DNA of 64,000 nt from Alphaproteobacteria bacterium. GTDB lineage: Bacteria; Pseudomonadota; Alphaproteobacteria; RF32; CAG-239. The notes under the pieces are model-generated. The model saw nothing but the letters and a program-made list of their open reading frames with translations. It did no database searches and had not been told where the DNA came from. The position numbers were made by a program, and so were the translations under genes. The stretch is taken from positions 7,797 to 71,796 of the forward strand of contig JAEEYV010000027.1 in the NCBI GenBank assembly GCA_016288295.1, read 5' to 3'. Positions 54,534-63,957 of this stretch are shown here, piece after piece (position 1 is the stretch's first letter; each line of letters starts with the position of its first letter).

Positions 54534-56210
54534 ATGAATACAGAATTTCAAGTTCCAGAAACAAAAGAAGTATTTGCCGACTTGCTCAATGAGCAAATGG
54601 GCGAGCAACATTTTGCCGGTTCAGTAGTAAAAGGAACTATTGTCAAAATTACTCCTGACTTTGTTATGGTTGATGTAGGGTTGAAGTCTGAAGGACGTAT
54701 TCCTCTGCGTGAATTTGGTCAAAATCCGGAATTAAACGTCGGCGATGTTGTCGAAGTTTATGTTGATCGCTATGAAGACAGAGACGGAAACGTTGTATTG
54801 TCTCGTGAAAAAGCTCGTCGTGAAGAAGCTTGGCAAGATCTGGAAAAGGCTATGAACGCCGGCGAACGTATCAACGGTGTTATCTTTGGTCGTGTTAAAG
54901 GCGGCTTTACCGTTGATTTGAACGGTGCTATCGCTTTCTTGCCGGGATCTCAAATTGATATCCGTCCGATCCGCGATATTTCTCCGTTGATGGGAATTTC
55001 TCAGCCGTTCCAAATTTTGAAAATGGACAAGGTTAGAGGCAATATTGTTGTTTCTCGCCGTGTTGTTTTGGAAGAAACCCGTGCTGAATCTCGCGCCGAA
55101 CTTATCGACGCTATTAAAGAAGGCTCTGTTCTCGAGGGCGTTGTTAAAAACGTTACCGATTACGGTGCATTCATTGATTTGGGCGGTGTTGACGGCTTAT
55201 TGCACGTTACCGATATTTCATGGAAGCGTATTAATCATCCGGCAGAAGTTTTGTCGGTTGGTCAAACCGTTAAAGTTCAGGTTATTAAATTCAATGAGGA
55301 CAACCAACGCATCAGCTTGGGTATGAAACAATTGGAAAACGACCCATGGCAAAACGTTGAAGAAAGATTCCATGTCGGTGATGTATGCAAAGGTAAAGTT
55401 ACAAATATTACCGATTATGGTGCATTTGTTGAATTAGAAGACGGAATCGAAGGTTTGGTTCACGTTTCTGAAATGAGCTGGACTCGTAAGAACGTTCATC
55501 CGGGCAAAATCGTTTCTACTTCTCAAGAAGTTGAAGTTAAGGTTTTGGAAGTTGATCCAGAAAAGAGAAGAATCAGCCTCGGTATCAAACAATGCACTCC
55601 TAACCCTTGGGCTGCTTATGTTGAAGAGCATCCGGTCGGTTCAGTTATTGAAGGCAAAATCAAAAATATTACCGAATTTGGTTTGTTCATCGGTTTGAAC
55701 GATGAAATCGACGGTATGATTCATTTGTCTGATATTTCTTGGGACAAAGCCGGTGAAGAGGCCGTTAAGGACTACACCAAAGGTCAGGAAATCCAAGCCA
55801 AAATTATCGACGTCGATGTTGAAAAAGAGCGTATCAGCCTCGGCATTAAACAGTTGACCGAAAACGCTAATGCTACAGCATTGGATAACTTCAAAAAGGG
55901 TGACAATGTTAAAGCCACCGTTGTTGATGCTGCCGATGATGTATTGAACGTTGAAGTTGATGGTGTTGCCGCAACAATCAAAAAAGCCGATTTGGCAAAA
56001 GACAAAGCCGGTCAGGATTTGAACAAATTCAAAGCCGGTGATGTTGTTGAAGCTAAAGTCAGCACTGTTGATAAGAAAAAAGGCAAACTGACTTTGTCAA
56101 TCAAAGCATTGGAAATTGAAGAAGAGAAGAAGGCGTTGGAAGAATATTCCAACACAACTTCAGGCTCTACTTTAGGCGATGCTTTGGGCGAAGCTTTAAA
56201 AAAGAAATAA
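54534..56210 (+). CDS. rpsA: 30S ribosomal protein S1
   Basis: Six S1 OB-fold repeats (e.g. GSVVKGTIVKITPDFVMVDVGLKSEGRIP, GSVLEGVVKNVTDYGAFIDLGGVDGLLHV). Start taken as ATG 54534; the track TTG start at 54507 is also possible. Confidence 0.9.
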   Translation: MNTEFQVPETKEVFADLLNEQMGEQHFAGSVVKGTIVKITPDFVMVDVGLKSEGRIPLREFGQNPELNVGDVVEVYVDRYEDRDGNVVLSREKARREEAWQDLEKAMNAGERINGVIFGRVKGGFTVDLNGAIAFLPGSQIDIRPIRDISPLMGISQPFQILKMDKVRGNIVVSRRVVLEETRAESRAELIDAIKEGSVLEGVVKNVTDYGAFIDLGGVDGLLHVTDISWKRINHPAEVLSVGQTVKVQVIKFNEDNQRISLGMKQLENDPWQNVEERFHVGDVCKGKVTNITDYGAFVELEDGIEGLVHVSEMSWTRKNVHPGKIVSTSQEVEVKVLEVDPEKRRISLGIKQCTPNPWAAYVEEHPVGSVIEGKIKNITEFGLFIGLNDEIDGMIHLSDISWDKAGEEAVKDYTKGQEIQAKIIDVDVEKERISLGIKQLTENANATALDNFKKGDNVKATVVDAADDVLNVEVDGVAATIKKADLAKDKAGQDLNKFKAGDVVEAKVSTVDKKKGKLTLSIKALEIEEEKKALEEYSNTTSGSTLGDALGEALKKK

Positions 56211-56237
56211 TCAGATTTGATTGTTTGATTTTGGCAG

Positions 56238-56268
56238 AGCCGTCCGCAAGGGCGGCTTTGTTGATTTT
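56238..56268 (+). terminator. Rho-independent terminator after rpsA
   Basis: agccgtcc-gcaa-gggcggct followed by ttgttgatttt. Confidence 0.7.
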
Positions 56269-56318
56269 AAAATAACTCTTGCCAAGTGAAATAAAAAACG
56301 CTAAACAATAAACACTTT

Positions 56319-56409
56319 GGATAGATGGCCGAGTGGTCGAAGGCGCACGATTGGAAATCGTGTGTACGTCTAAAGCGTACCGAGGGTTCGAATCCCTCTC
56401 TATCCGCCA
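56319..56409 (+). tRNA. tRNA-Ser (anticodon GGA), class II with long variable arm, CCA encoded
   Basis: Acceptor stem ggataga/tctatcc. Anticodon stem cacga/tcgtg with loop ttGGAaa. Variable arm gtacg-tctaaag-cgtac. T arm gaggg-ttcgaat-ccctc. 3' gcca. Confidence 0.9.
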
Positions 56410-56421
56410 TTTATAATAAAG

Positions 56422-56443
56422 CCCTCCCTTGCGGAGGGTTTTT
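56422..56443 (+). terminator. Terminator after tRNA-Ser
   Basis: ccctcc-cttgc-ggaggg followed by ttttt. Confidence 0.7.
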
Positions 56444-56486
56444 GTTGTAAATAGTGAAGATTAATAAGATTTGAACCCTCGGAAAA

Positions 56487-56639
56487 GAGGGTTCGACTAC
56501 AAGCGAAAGGCGGGCGGAAGAACGCCGGTGAGGCGAAGCCGAATGAGCGTAGTGGGACAAGCATTGCGAAGCAATGTCGCGGACAATCCCTCTCTATCAG
56601 CCATTTACAATAAACCCTCCCTTACGGAGAGTTTATTGC
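56487..56639 (+). pseudogene. Duplicated tRNA-Ser 3' portion (T-arm 5' half, 88-nt GC-rich insert, T-arm 3' half with acceptor 3' strand, flank and degenerate terminator)
   Basis: gagggttcga occurs at 56487-56496. 56585-56639 matches 56391-56446 at about 49 of 55 positions. The insert 56497-56584 is about 60% GC by my count. Confidence 0.7.
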
Positions 56640-56656
56640 AAATGGTGAACAAGAAG

Positions 56657-57829
56657 CTATGAATTTAACTGTTTCATCAGTACCCAGTAGTAAACACTTA
56701 TGATGATTTTATAGCACAACAATGCCGATAATGCTATATAGATAGAACATATGTCTGCAATAAGACCAAAAACATAAAACGATACCGTAGTTAACAATCC
56801 GCCAAATATGGCAACAATAGAGCGCATAGTTGCACGTTGTGTATCTGAGAATTCTTTTTGTAATAGCGCTGATTCTGCAGAATGTTCTCCGCCTGTTGCT
56901 AACGATGAAGCAGATATAATGAACGGCGATAAGACATTATTGATTAATAATCCTAAAAATATGGTTATGCATTTAAATGTGCTTGAAACAAAAGCCATTT
57001 TAAATAGGCCAATTTTGCGCATAAATATTGCAAAATAGAACCCTATCGAACTACAAATTCTATAAATAAACACCACAATATCTACGGCCCATAAAGGAAT
57101 AAACAGATTGTAATATATGCTGTTAAGTCTATATTGGGTTTCTCCCCAACTATAATTCATAATTTGTGCTATGGTTATTTTTTGTAATTTTTTATTTTCT
57201 TTGAATTGTTTTAGGGCTTCCATAAAATGCTTCAATGCGCTAGAAGATGAAGGCTCATAATTTGAGGGTTCCACAAAGAAAAAACATATAACTAATTGAC
57301 AAACAGCCGGTAATATAGATACCCATGCTAAAATATTTAAATTAAGAAAATAGATAACGGGAACAGCAATTACTGTAGATAATGCTGCGCCCAACCACCT
57401 ATATATCTTAGTCGTAGAAAATATAATATCGTATTTCTCGGTTTTGCGTAAATCTTTCATGGTTTCAAAGATGAGTGCTTCATCCGTACCCGAGTTAAAA
57501 GCATCTCCTATCCCCCAAAAAAGGGCTCCCAGAAATAACAAAAATGTACTATGCATATTCCCTGCTAAAGCAAAACAAAATCCCGATAAAATTAAAAATA
57601 TTCCAGACATAATTAATGTTTTTTTTCGAGACCATTTATCAGATATCAAACTTGTCGGCAGTTCGGCCAAAGATTGGGTCAAAATATAGGTGGAAAATAT
57701 TAAAGATGCAGAGGCATAACTACCAGTTATTTGATCAAAATAAATGATAGCCACCGCTGATAATGGCCACATGTATATAAAAAAATTATTTAATTTGAAT
57801 AATCTGATGTTTCTACGGATTTTTAACAT
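56657..57829 (-). CDS. MFS-type transporter
   Basis: 390 aa with about 10-12 hydrophobic helices in an MFS-like two-half layout. No substrate inference possible. Confidence 0.6.
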   Translation of the reverse strand: MLKIRRNIRLFKLNNFFIYMWPLSAVAIIYFDQITGSYASASLIFSTYILTQSLAELPTSLISDKWSRKKTLIMSGIFLILSGFCFALAGNMHSTFLLFLGALFWGIGDAFNSGTDEALIFETMKDLRKTEKYDIIFSTTKIYRWLGAALSTVIAVPVIYFLNLNILAWVSILPAVCQLVICFFFVEPSNYEPSSSSALKHFMEALKQFKENKKLQKITIAQIMNYSWGETQYRLNSIYYNLFIPLWAVDIVVFIYRICSSIGFYFAIFMRKIGLFKMAFVSSTFKCITIFLGLLINNVLSPFIISASSLATGGEHSAESALLQKEFSDTQRATMRSIVAIFGGLLTTVSFYVFGLIADICSIYIALSALLCYKIIISVYYWVLMKQLNS

Positions 57830-57997
57830 TTAATTTTGATTTGCTTTGAATTTACGGTTGGTTCACAGATTATTACAGCGGTTTAAACTAGTCAATAACC
57901 AAGCTAAGTTTTTGATGTTTTAAAGACGTTCTTTATAATAATCTTAACCTTTGCTATATTATAATGTCTGGCACAGTCAAAAATAAGGACATTAAAA

Positions 57998-59902
57998 ATG
58001 CATTCAATCAATTCGCTCATCTTAGATTTAACCTTAATCACCATTTATGCCGGTATTACGACTTTGATTTTCAAAAAACTGAAGCAACCGACGGTTTTGG
58101 GGTATGTATTGGCAGGTATTTTTGCCGGTCCTTATTTTGGTCTGGTGCCGACGGTTACTGATAGAGCCAACCTTGAAGTATGGGCAGATATCGGCGTAAT
58201 TTTCCTGCTTTTCGGTTTGGGATTGGAATTCAGTTTCAAAAAAATGATGAATGTCGGTAAATCGGCGTTGATTACCGCAAATACCAATATTTTGTTTATG
58301 CTGTTTTTGGGCTACAATACCGGCTTGTTGCTTGGGTGGTCGATAATGGACAGTTTCTTTTTGGGAAGCATGATTTCTATGTCATCAACAACCATTATTA
58401 TCAAGGCTTTCGAGGATTTAAATATTCGCAAACAAAAGTTTACGGATTTGGTCTTCGGGGTTTTGGTGGTTGAAGATATTATGGGGATTTTGATGTTGGT
58501 GTTGTTGCCGACAATTGCTTTGAGCAGTACCATAAACGGCAAGGAATTGGCGCAAAGTATTGCCAAATTGGCTTTTTTCTTAGTCTTATGTTTTGTTATC
58601 GGAATATATTTGGTGCCGAGTTTTTTGAAAAAAATTGCCTCATTTTTAAACGATGAAATGCTACTGTTGATTTCTATTTGTCTTTGTTTTGGTATGGTGT
58701 TAATGGCCACAGCATCAGGTTTTTCATCTGCGTTGGGAGCCTTTTTGATGGGGTCAATTTTGGCTGAAACTCCTATTATTGAGCGAATCGAAAAGAACAT
58801 AAAACCGCTGAAAGATTTTTTCGGAATGGTATTTTTTGTATCTGTCGGCATGATGGTTGACCCAACCATGTTTATAACATATGCCGAGCCGATTTTGGTG
58901 ATTACCATAATCGTTGTAGTCGGAATGATTTTCTTTTCGTGTATGGGATTTTTATTTTCGGGCGAAACCTTAAAAACAGCAATGCATGGTGGTTTTTCAT
59001 TGGCACAGGTCGGTGAGTTTGCATTTATTATTGCAAGCCTCGGTATGAGTATTAAGGTGCTTAGCCCGCAAGTATATCCAATTATTGTAGCGGTGTCGGT
59101 TATTACAACATTTTTAACTCCAATGATGATCAAGGCCGCAGATCCGGCTTATAAATATGTGCAGAAGATGTTGCCGGAAGCGGTTTTGAAACGAATCGAA
59201 AATACAGCAATTGCGCAGGAAACAAAAATTGAGGAACAGCGGTGGAAATTGTTATTTAAGAATTATTTTATCCGCTTGGTTTTGCTGACCATGATTTCTT
59301 TAACTATTTTCGGTCTGTCTAACTATTTTATAAAGCCTTTTGTTCACAAGATGTTGCCAAATCTGACCGCAAGAATAGTCGTTACCGGTATAACTTTGCT
59401 GTTGATGTCACCGTTTCTTAAGGCATTAATCGGGTGGAGAACCATTGTTCCACCAGTGGTAAAGGATAAAATTGCTGAAGTTATGGAAAAAAGAAAGAAA
59501 AACAAAGGTGAAACTAAGAAAAATTTAGCTAAAAAAGTTGTCGGCAGTACAATAAAAGTGGGTAATTTATATCTTCAGGCGTTGTCAGATAAAAGTTTCT
59601 TTATTTCAAATCATAAAGCATCTGCTGTTTATTATAAATTATGGAACGCCAAAAAGATAAACCGTCTGCCCTTAATGTTGATGACAAGTTTTAGGTTGCT
59701 GGTGGTGCTGTTTATTATTTCAACCGTAGTACACCAATTTTTGACTGAAAATCCGAAAGTTACGTGGGCATTAGTGATAATATCAATTCTGTTGCTTACA
59801 CAATCAAGCTGGCTGTTTAAACAATATCTCAAAATTGAACATCAGTTCCTAGACAACCTTAACGGGCAAAGGAGCAACGATACTCCCGAACAGGGCGAAT
59901 AG
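57998..59902 (+). CDS. Cation:proton antiporter (CPA2/Kef-NapA-like) with extra C-terminal TM segments
   Basis: N-terminus LILDLTLITIYAGITTLIFKKLKQPTVLGYVLAGIFAGP and more than 10 TM helices are typical of the Na+/H+-exchanger family. No obvious KTN/Rossmann domain. Confidence 0.7.
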   Translation: MHSINSLILDLTLITIYAGITTLIFKKLKQPTVLGYVLAGIFAGPYFGLVPTVTDRANLEVWADIGVIFLLFGLGLEFSFKKMMNVGKSALITANTNILFMLFLGYNTGLLLGWSIMDSFFLGSMISMSSTTIIIKAFEDLNIRKQKFTDLVFGVLVVEDIMGILMLVLLPTIALSSTINGKELAQSIAKLAFFLVLCFVIGIYLVPSFLKKIASFLNDEMLLLISICLCFGMVLMATASGFSSALGAFLMGSILAETPIIERIEKNIKPLKDFFGMVFFVSVGMMVDPTMFITYAEPILVITIIVVVGMIFFSCMGFLFSGETLKTAMHGGFSLAQVGEFAFIIASLGMSIKVLSPQVYPIIVAVSVITTFLTPMMIKAADPAYKYVQKMLPEAVLKRIENTAIAQETKIEEQRWKLLFKNYFIRLVLLTMISLTIFGLSNYFIKPFVHKMLPNLTARIVVTGITLLLMSPFLKALIGWRTIVPPVVKDKIAEVMEKRKKNKGETKKNLAKKVVGSTIKVGNLYLQALSDKSFFISNHKASAVYYKLWNAKKINRLPLMLMTSFRLLVVLFIISTVVHQFLTENPKVTWALVIISILLLTQSSWLFKQYLKIEHQFLDNLNGQRSNDTPEQGE

Positions 59903-62900
59903 TCAGTTTTTAAGAAGTTCTGCCGCAGAAAGATAATCAAATTTACCACTACCAAGAACCGGCGGTTTTTTAACATAGATGACTTTTTTGGGCATCCACA
60001 GCTCACTTAATCCTTCCTTTTTAAAGTGTTCTCTGATGGTAGCGACATTTGCATCTTCGTGATTGGTTATTAATACCAACTGTTCACCTTTCTTTTCATC
60101 ATCAATAGTCAAAATGCCTTGGATTGACTGCGGATATAAACGATCTATTGCTTCTTCTACCGCTGTTAGGGAAACCATTTCTCCACCAATCTTAGCAAAT
60201 CGTTTGGCTCGGCCTTGAATAAAAATGTACCCATCTTCATCAATAGTTACAATATCGCCGGTATTATACCAGCCTTTATTAAGTGGTTGCAAAACGTTGG
60301 GACGGTCAGCTTTCATGTAGCCCTGCATGATATTATCGCCCTTAACAAAAAGTTCTCCGCCGTTGTCAACCCCAGGAACAGGCTCAAGTTTATATTCTAT
60401 ACCCGGGACAAAACGCCCTACACTACCTTCACGGAAATGCATCGGTGTATTAAGGCTTAAAACAGGTGCTGTTTCGGTTGCACCGTACCCTTCAAGTATG
60501 CGAACGCCAAATTTTTTCATCCATAAATCTGCTGTTGTCGGCTTTAGTTTTTCGCCACCGATTACAGCATATTTTAGCGAGAAAAAGTCGTACGGATTGG
60601 CCATTTTTCCGTAGCCGGCAAAAAAGGTATCCGTACCAAAAATTACCGTTGAAACCGTATCATAGCATAGTTCAGGAACTATACGGTAATGCAATGGAGA
60701 AGGATAGAAAAAGGTTTTTACCCCAAAGAGAAGCGGCAAAAGGGTGCCTACGCTCAAGCCAAAGGAATGGAACATCGGCAGGGCATTAAATATAATATCA
60801 CTTGAATTGAAAGGAATTATGCTTGCAATTTGATATCTATTGGCCTGCAAATTGCGGTGTGATAAAAGTACTGCTTTAGGCAACCCTTCAGAGCCAGAAG
60901 TAAACAAAATTACTGCAGTCTTGTCCGGTGTTTTGGTCGGATGACGATGCTGTAAATATTCTATAAAACCACGACATTTAGTCAGTAATGTTACTTGATG
61001 AGCAAAATCTTCTAAATAAATTATGTTAATTTTGACTTCAAGCATCGCCTGTTCCAAACGAAAAAGCTTGGCTTGTTCAATAAAGGCGTGCGAAGTGATA
61101 ACTGTTTTTAAGTTAACTGCTTTTAAGGATGCCAAAAAGGGTTTATTTCCAAGAGTAAAATTGAGCATTGCCGGGGTTTTATCAGCATATTGCAGGGCAA
61201 AAAAGCTGATAATATTGGCTAAAACATTAGGCAACATTATTCCAACTTTATCTTGTCCGGCAAAGTTCTGACGATAGGCAACACCCAAAATATAACTTTT
61301 CAAAATAAACGCTTTGCAACTTTGCGGTTTGCGATTGATGTCTTCTGCAAGAATGTGATCTTTACCGTAGATATGGCAGATATCAAGAAGCGAATCGAAA
61401 ATATTCTGATTAATCTTTGAGGTATTATAAATCATTGTTGCCATGATATCATAAAGTTTTTGTGATACCAAGCGACGGTATTGGCGACGTGGAACACTTG
61501 TGTCAATCTCAAACTTTTGGGGTTGCAAAATCTCAAGACTAATCGGCGGAAACCAACGAGTGCGGATTTTGTTTTTAAGATATGAAAATTTAGAATATTG
61601 CGCACCGTTAATACGCACCGGAAGAATTTTTGCACCCGCTTTTTGAGCTATAACGCCAGCTCCTTCATAAATTTTCATCATTGAACCGGTAACAGTGATA
61701 CGCCCCTCAGGAAAAATCATGATTTTTTTGTTTTTCTTGAGTTCATCTATTAAATTACGTAAAGACAAAGGATTGCGCGGATCTATGGCATAAAAATCAA
61801 CCAATAAACGGGCTATAGGCATAAACCATTTGTTAGCCCACGTAGTATTGATAGCAAAAGTTATGCGCTCGGGCATAAAAGCAGCCATAAGTACACCATC
61901 GAGCAATGACACATGATTAGCTACAATTAAAACCCTTTTACCGGCTTTGCGGAAATTGCTTAATCCGTGTACTTTGCTATGAAACAAAAATCCTAAAAGG
62001 CTCTGCACCAATGAACGTGGCAGAGCTTCCGGCAAAAGTTTACAAATGTAGAATGAAACTAAAGTGCTAATGATTGCCATGGTTAAAAATAAATTAGGCA
62101 AACCTAAACCAAGTGCCAAAAATATGGCCGCAAATATTGCTATTATTGCCATGCCTAATGCGTTCAAAATATTATTACCGGCAATTATACTGGCAACGTG
62201 GGATTTGGGTGCACGAGATTGCATTATGGCATTGAGCGGAATAATGTATAATCCGCCAAAAAACGCCAACATAAACAATGATAAACTCAAGCCAAAAGCA
62301 TGTGGCTGCGAAAAAAATTTAATAAAAGATATTTGGGTAGTCGGTGTCGGGTAGTTGTTGGTAAAAACATAAATTAAGTAAAGGCAGATTGCCATACCGA
62401 TGGCTCCCAACGGAACATAAGTGGTATGAATAAAACCTTTAAGAATTTTATTGCAGGCGTATGAGCCGACGGCAACACCAAAAGAAAAGAGTACTAAAAA
62501 GAAAGTAATAACGCCCTCAGAAGTGTTGAGTATTTGCCCACAAATCGGATAAACCTGAACCGCAACCAACGCTCCGATAATCCAAAACCAAGTTGCACCA
62601 AGAATGCTTTGGAAAACAGTTTTATTTTTGCGTAAAAAGGCAAAATTGGAAATTGTTGCCGCAAAAATGTTACGTCTAACTCTTAAATCAGGACGTGGTG
62701 CCGGAGCATCAGGAATATAACATGAAGCGCATAGACCTGATAACGCAAGCATTATCAGGACTACTATCGTTATATTGGTAGGTAGCAAAGTACCTAAAAT
62801 CAAGCCTAGTAAAATAGCTAAATATGTTGTGCTTTCAATATAGGCATTACCGGTTATCAGTTCTTCGGTTTTGAGGTGTTGAGGAAGAAGCGAATATTTA

Positions 62901-63304
62901 ATTGGCCCGAAAAATGCCGACTGCGCGCCCATCAAAGCCAGAATAATAATCAGAAACGGCAGGCTCCGTGTATACCAAGCAATGGCAACGCTTGTCATTA
63001 ATATAACCTCAGTAACTTTTAAGATACGGGCAATGATATTACGATGATATTTGTCAGCAAGTTCGCCCGCCGTGGCTGAAAACAAGAAAAATGGCAAAAT
63101 AAAAAGACCGGCAATCACGTTTGACAGGACATCGGATTGGGCGGTCATTTTGAGAGCAACCATGGTCAAAAGAGCGTTTTTGAACAAGTTATCATTAAGT
63201 GCTCCTAAAAATTGGGTGATCAGCAGTGGTAAAAAGCGGCGAGTTTTTAGTAGTGACATCGGTAAAAATCCTTGTTGTTTTTTATAAAATAAACTCTTTG
63301 CCAA
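59903..63304 (-). CDS. aas: Tri-domain LplT-Aas fusion: lysophospholipid MFS transporter, PlsC-type acyltransferase and acyl-ACP synthetase (AMP-binding)
   Basis: N-terminal MFS (FLPLLITQFLGALNDNLFKNA). Acyltransferase motifs NHVSLLDG and FPEGRIT. Adenylation motifs FTSGSEGLPKAV, GYGATET and YNTGDI. The track start at 63304 is TTG; ATG 63259 (SD aagga) is the more likely start. Confidence 0.85.
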   Translation of the reverse strand: MAKSLFYKKQQGFLPMSLLKTRRFLPLLITQFLGALNDNLFKNALLTMVALKMTAQSDVLSNVIAGLFILPFFLFSATAGELADKYHRNIIARILKVTEVILMTSVAIAWYTRSLPFLIIILALMGAQSAFFGPIKYSLLPQHLKTEELITGNAYIESTTYLAILLGLILGTLLPTNITIVVLIMLALSGLCASCYIPDAPAPRPDLRVRRNIFAATISNFAFLRKNKTVFQSILGATWFWIIGALVAVQVYPICGQILNTSEGVITFFLVLFSFGVAVGSYACNKILKGFIHTTYVPLGAIGMAICLYLIYVFTNNYPTPTTQISFIKFFSQPHAFGLSLSLFMLAFFGGLYIIPLNAIMQSRAPKSHVASIIAGNNILNALGMAIIAIFAAIFLALGLGLPNLFLTMAIISTLVSFYICKLLPEALPRSLVQSLLGFLFHSKVHGLSNFRKAGKRVLIVANHVSLLDGVLMAAFMPERITFAINTTWANKWFMPIARLLVDFYAIDPRNPLSLRNLIDELKKNKKIMIFPEGRITVTGSMMKIYEGAGVIAQKAGAKILPVRINGAQYSKFSYLKNKIRTRWFPPISLEILQPQKFEIDTSVPRRQYRRLVSQKLYDIMATMIYNTSKINQNIFDSLLDICHIYGKDHILAEDINRKPQSCKAFILKSYILGVAYRQNFAGQDKVGIMLPNVLANIISFFALQYADKTPAMLNFTLGNKPFLASLKAVNLKTVITSHAFIEQAKLFRLEQAMLEVKINIIYLEDFAHQVTLLTKCRGFIEYLQHRHPTKTPDKTAVILFTSGSEGLPKAVLLSHRNLQANRYQIASIIPFNSSDIIFNALPMFHSFGLSVGTLLPLLFGVKTFFYPSPLHYRIVPELCYDTVSTVIFGTDTFFAGYGKMANPYDFFSLKYAVIGGEKLKPTTADLWMKKFGVRILEGYGATETAPVLSLNTPMHFREGSVGRFVPGIEYKLEPVPGVDNGGELFVKGDNIMQGYMKADRPNVLQPLNKGWYNTGDIVTIDEDGYIFIQGRAKRFAKIGGEMVSLTAVEEAIDRLYPQSIQGILTIDDEKKGEQLVLITNHEDANVATIREHFKKEGLSELWMPKKVIYVKKPPVLGSGKFDYLSAAELLKN

Positions 63305-63329
63305 ACTGGTGTCAAGGATTATAAACAGA

Positions 63330-63356
63330 AGAGCAGACCTTTGTGAGGTCTGCTCT
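63330..63356. terminator. Hairpin between the 193-aa membrane-protein gene and the aas start (weak U-tails on both strands)
   Basis: agagcagacc-tttgtga-ggtctgctct, a perfect 10-bp stem. Confidence 0.45.
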
Positions 63357-63375
63357 TTCTGTGATAGATTTGTCT

Positions 63376-63957
63376 TTACTCTTTTTTGGTGTCACTGCAG
63401 TCATTGTCTTTTGGGGTTTGAATCGAAATTTTTCCTCCAAAGAGTTTGATTCCGGTTATGGTAACATCTCGTCCTCCAAGTGTTATCATCAATACCATCA
63501 ACACATAACGTAAACTGTTCCAGTCTACTGGGGTATCAATACCGCCCAACGGCCAGACGAGGCAATTACAAATATATCCACCAGCAAGTGCCCAGCCGAC
63601 GATGGGTATCCAATACCTTTTGACTGCTTTGCGGAAATCTTGCTTCCCTTCACTGTATGGAGAGTTGGTAATGAAGATCTCTCCTCCAATTTTTTTGAAT
63701 CCTATAATCAGGACGTCTCGAGTTCCGGTAATTACAACCATCCAGAATAAGACTTCGTTGAGTTGTTCGAATTCAACAAGCTTAAAGCCCCAGATTGGGG
63801 ACACTACAAAATTCATAATGTAGCCTGCAGCGATAGCAAGCCCAACGCCGAAAATCCAGAGGTTCTTGGTCCAAAAACTGATTTCGACCATAAGGTGGTC
63901 TATTGAAGAACCTCGGCTTTCTGCAGCTGTCATTACTTTTGTCTCTTCCATTGTCAC
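63376..63957 (-). CDS. Small membrane protein built from an internal duplication (two ~65-aa two-helix units)
   Basis: WIFGVGLAIAAGYIMNFVVSPIWG…VVITGTRDVLIIGFKKIGGEIFI parallels WIPIVGWALAGGYICNCLVWPLGG…LMITLGGRDVTITGIKLFGGKISI. Confidence 0.5.
   Translation of the reverse strand: MTMEETKVMTAAESRGSSIDHLMVEISFWTKNLWIFGVGLAIAAGYIMNFVVSPIWGFKLVEFEQLNEVLFWMVVITGTRDVLIIGFKKIGGEIFITNSPYSEGKQDFRKAVKRYWIPIVGWALAGGYICNCLVWPLGGIDTPVDWNSLRYVLMVLMITLGGRDVTITGIKLFGGKISIQTPKDNDCSDTKKE

Noticed and set aside
54289-54564. 91-aa minus-strand ORF upstream of rpsA
   Set aside because: It overlaps the rpsA start, leader and candidate promoter. It has no SD and no recognisable features.
56471-56662. 63-aa Arg-rich ORF downstream of tRNA-Ser
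   Set aside because: It has a TTG start and no SD. It reads straight through the duplicated tRNA fragment and the GC-rich insert. An RNA-level feature or a scar is the more likely explanation.
58312-59133. 273-aa minus-strand ORF antisense to the cation:proton antiporter gene
   Set aside because: It lies completely within the 634-aa transporter ORF, which has clear family features. Its product is an Ile/Lys/Asn-rich mirror of TM-helix codons.
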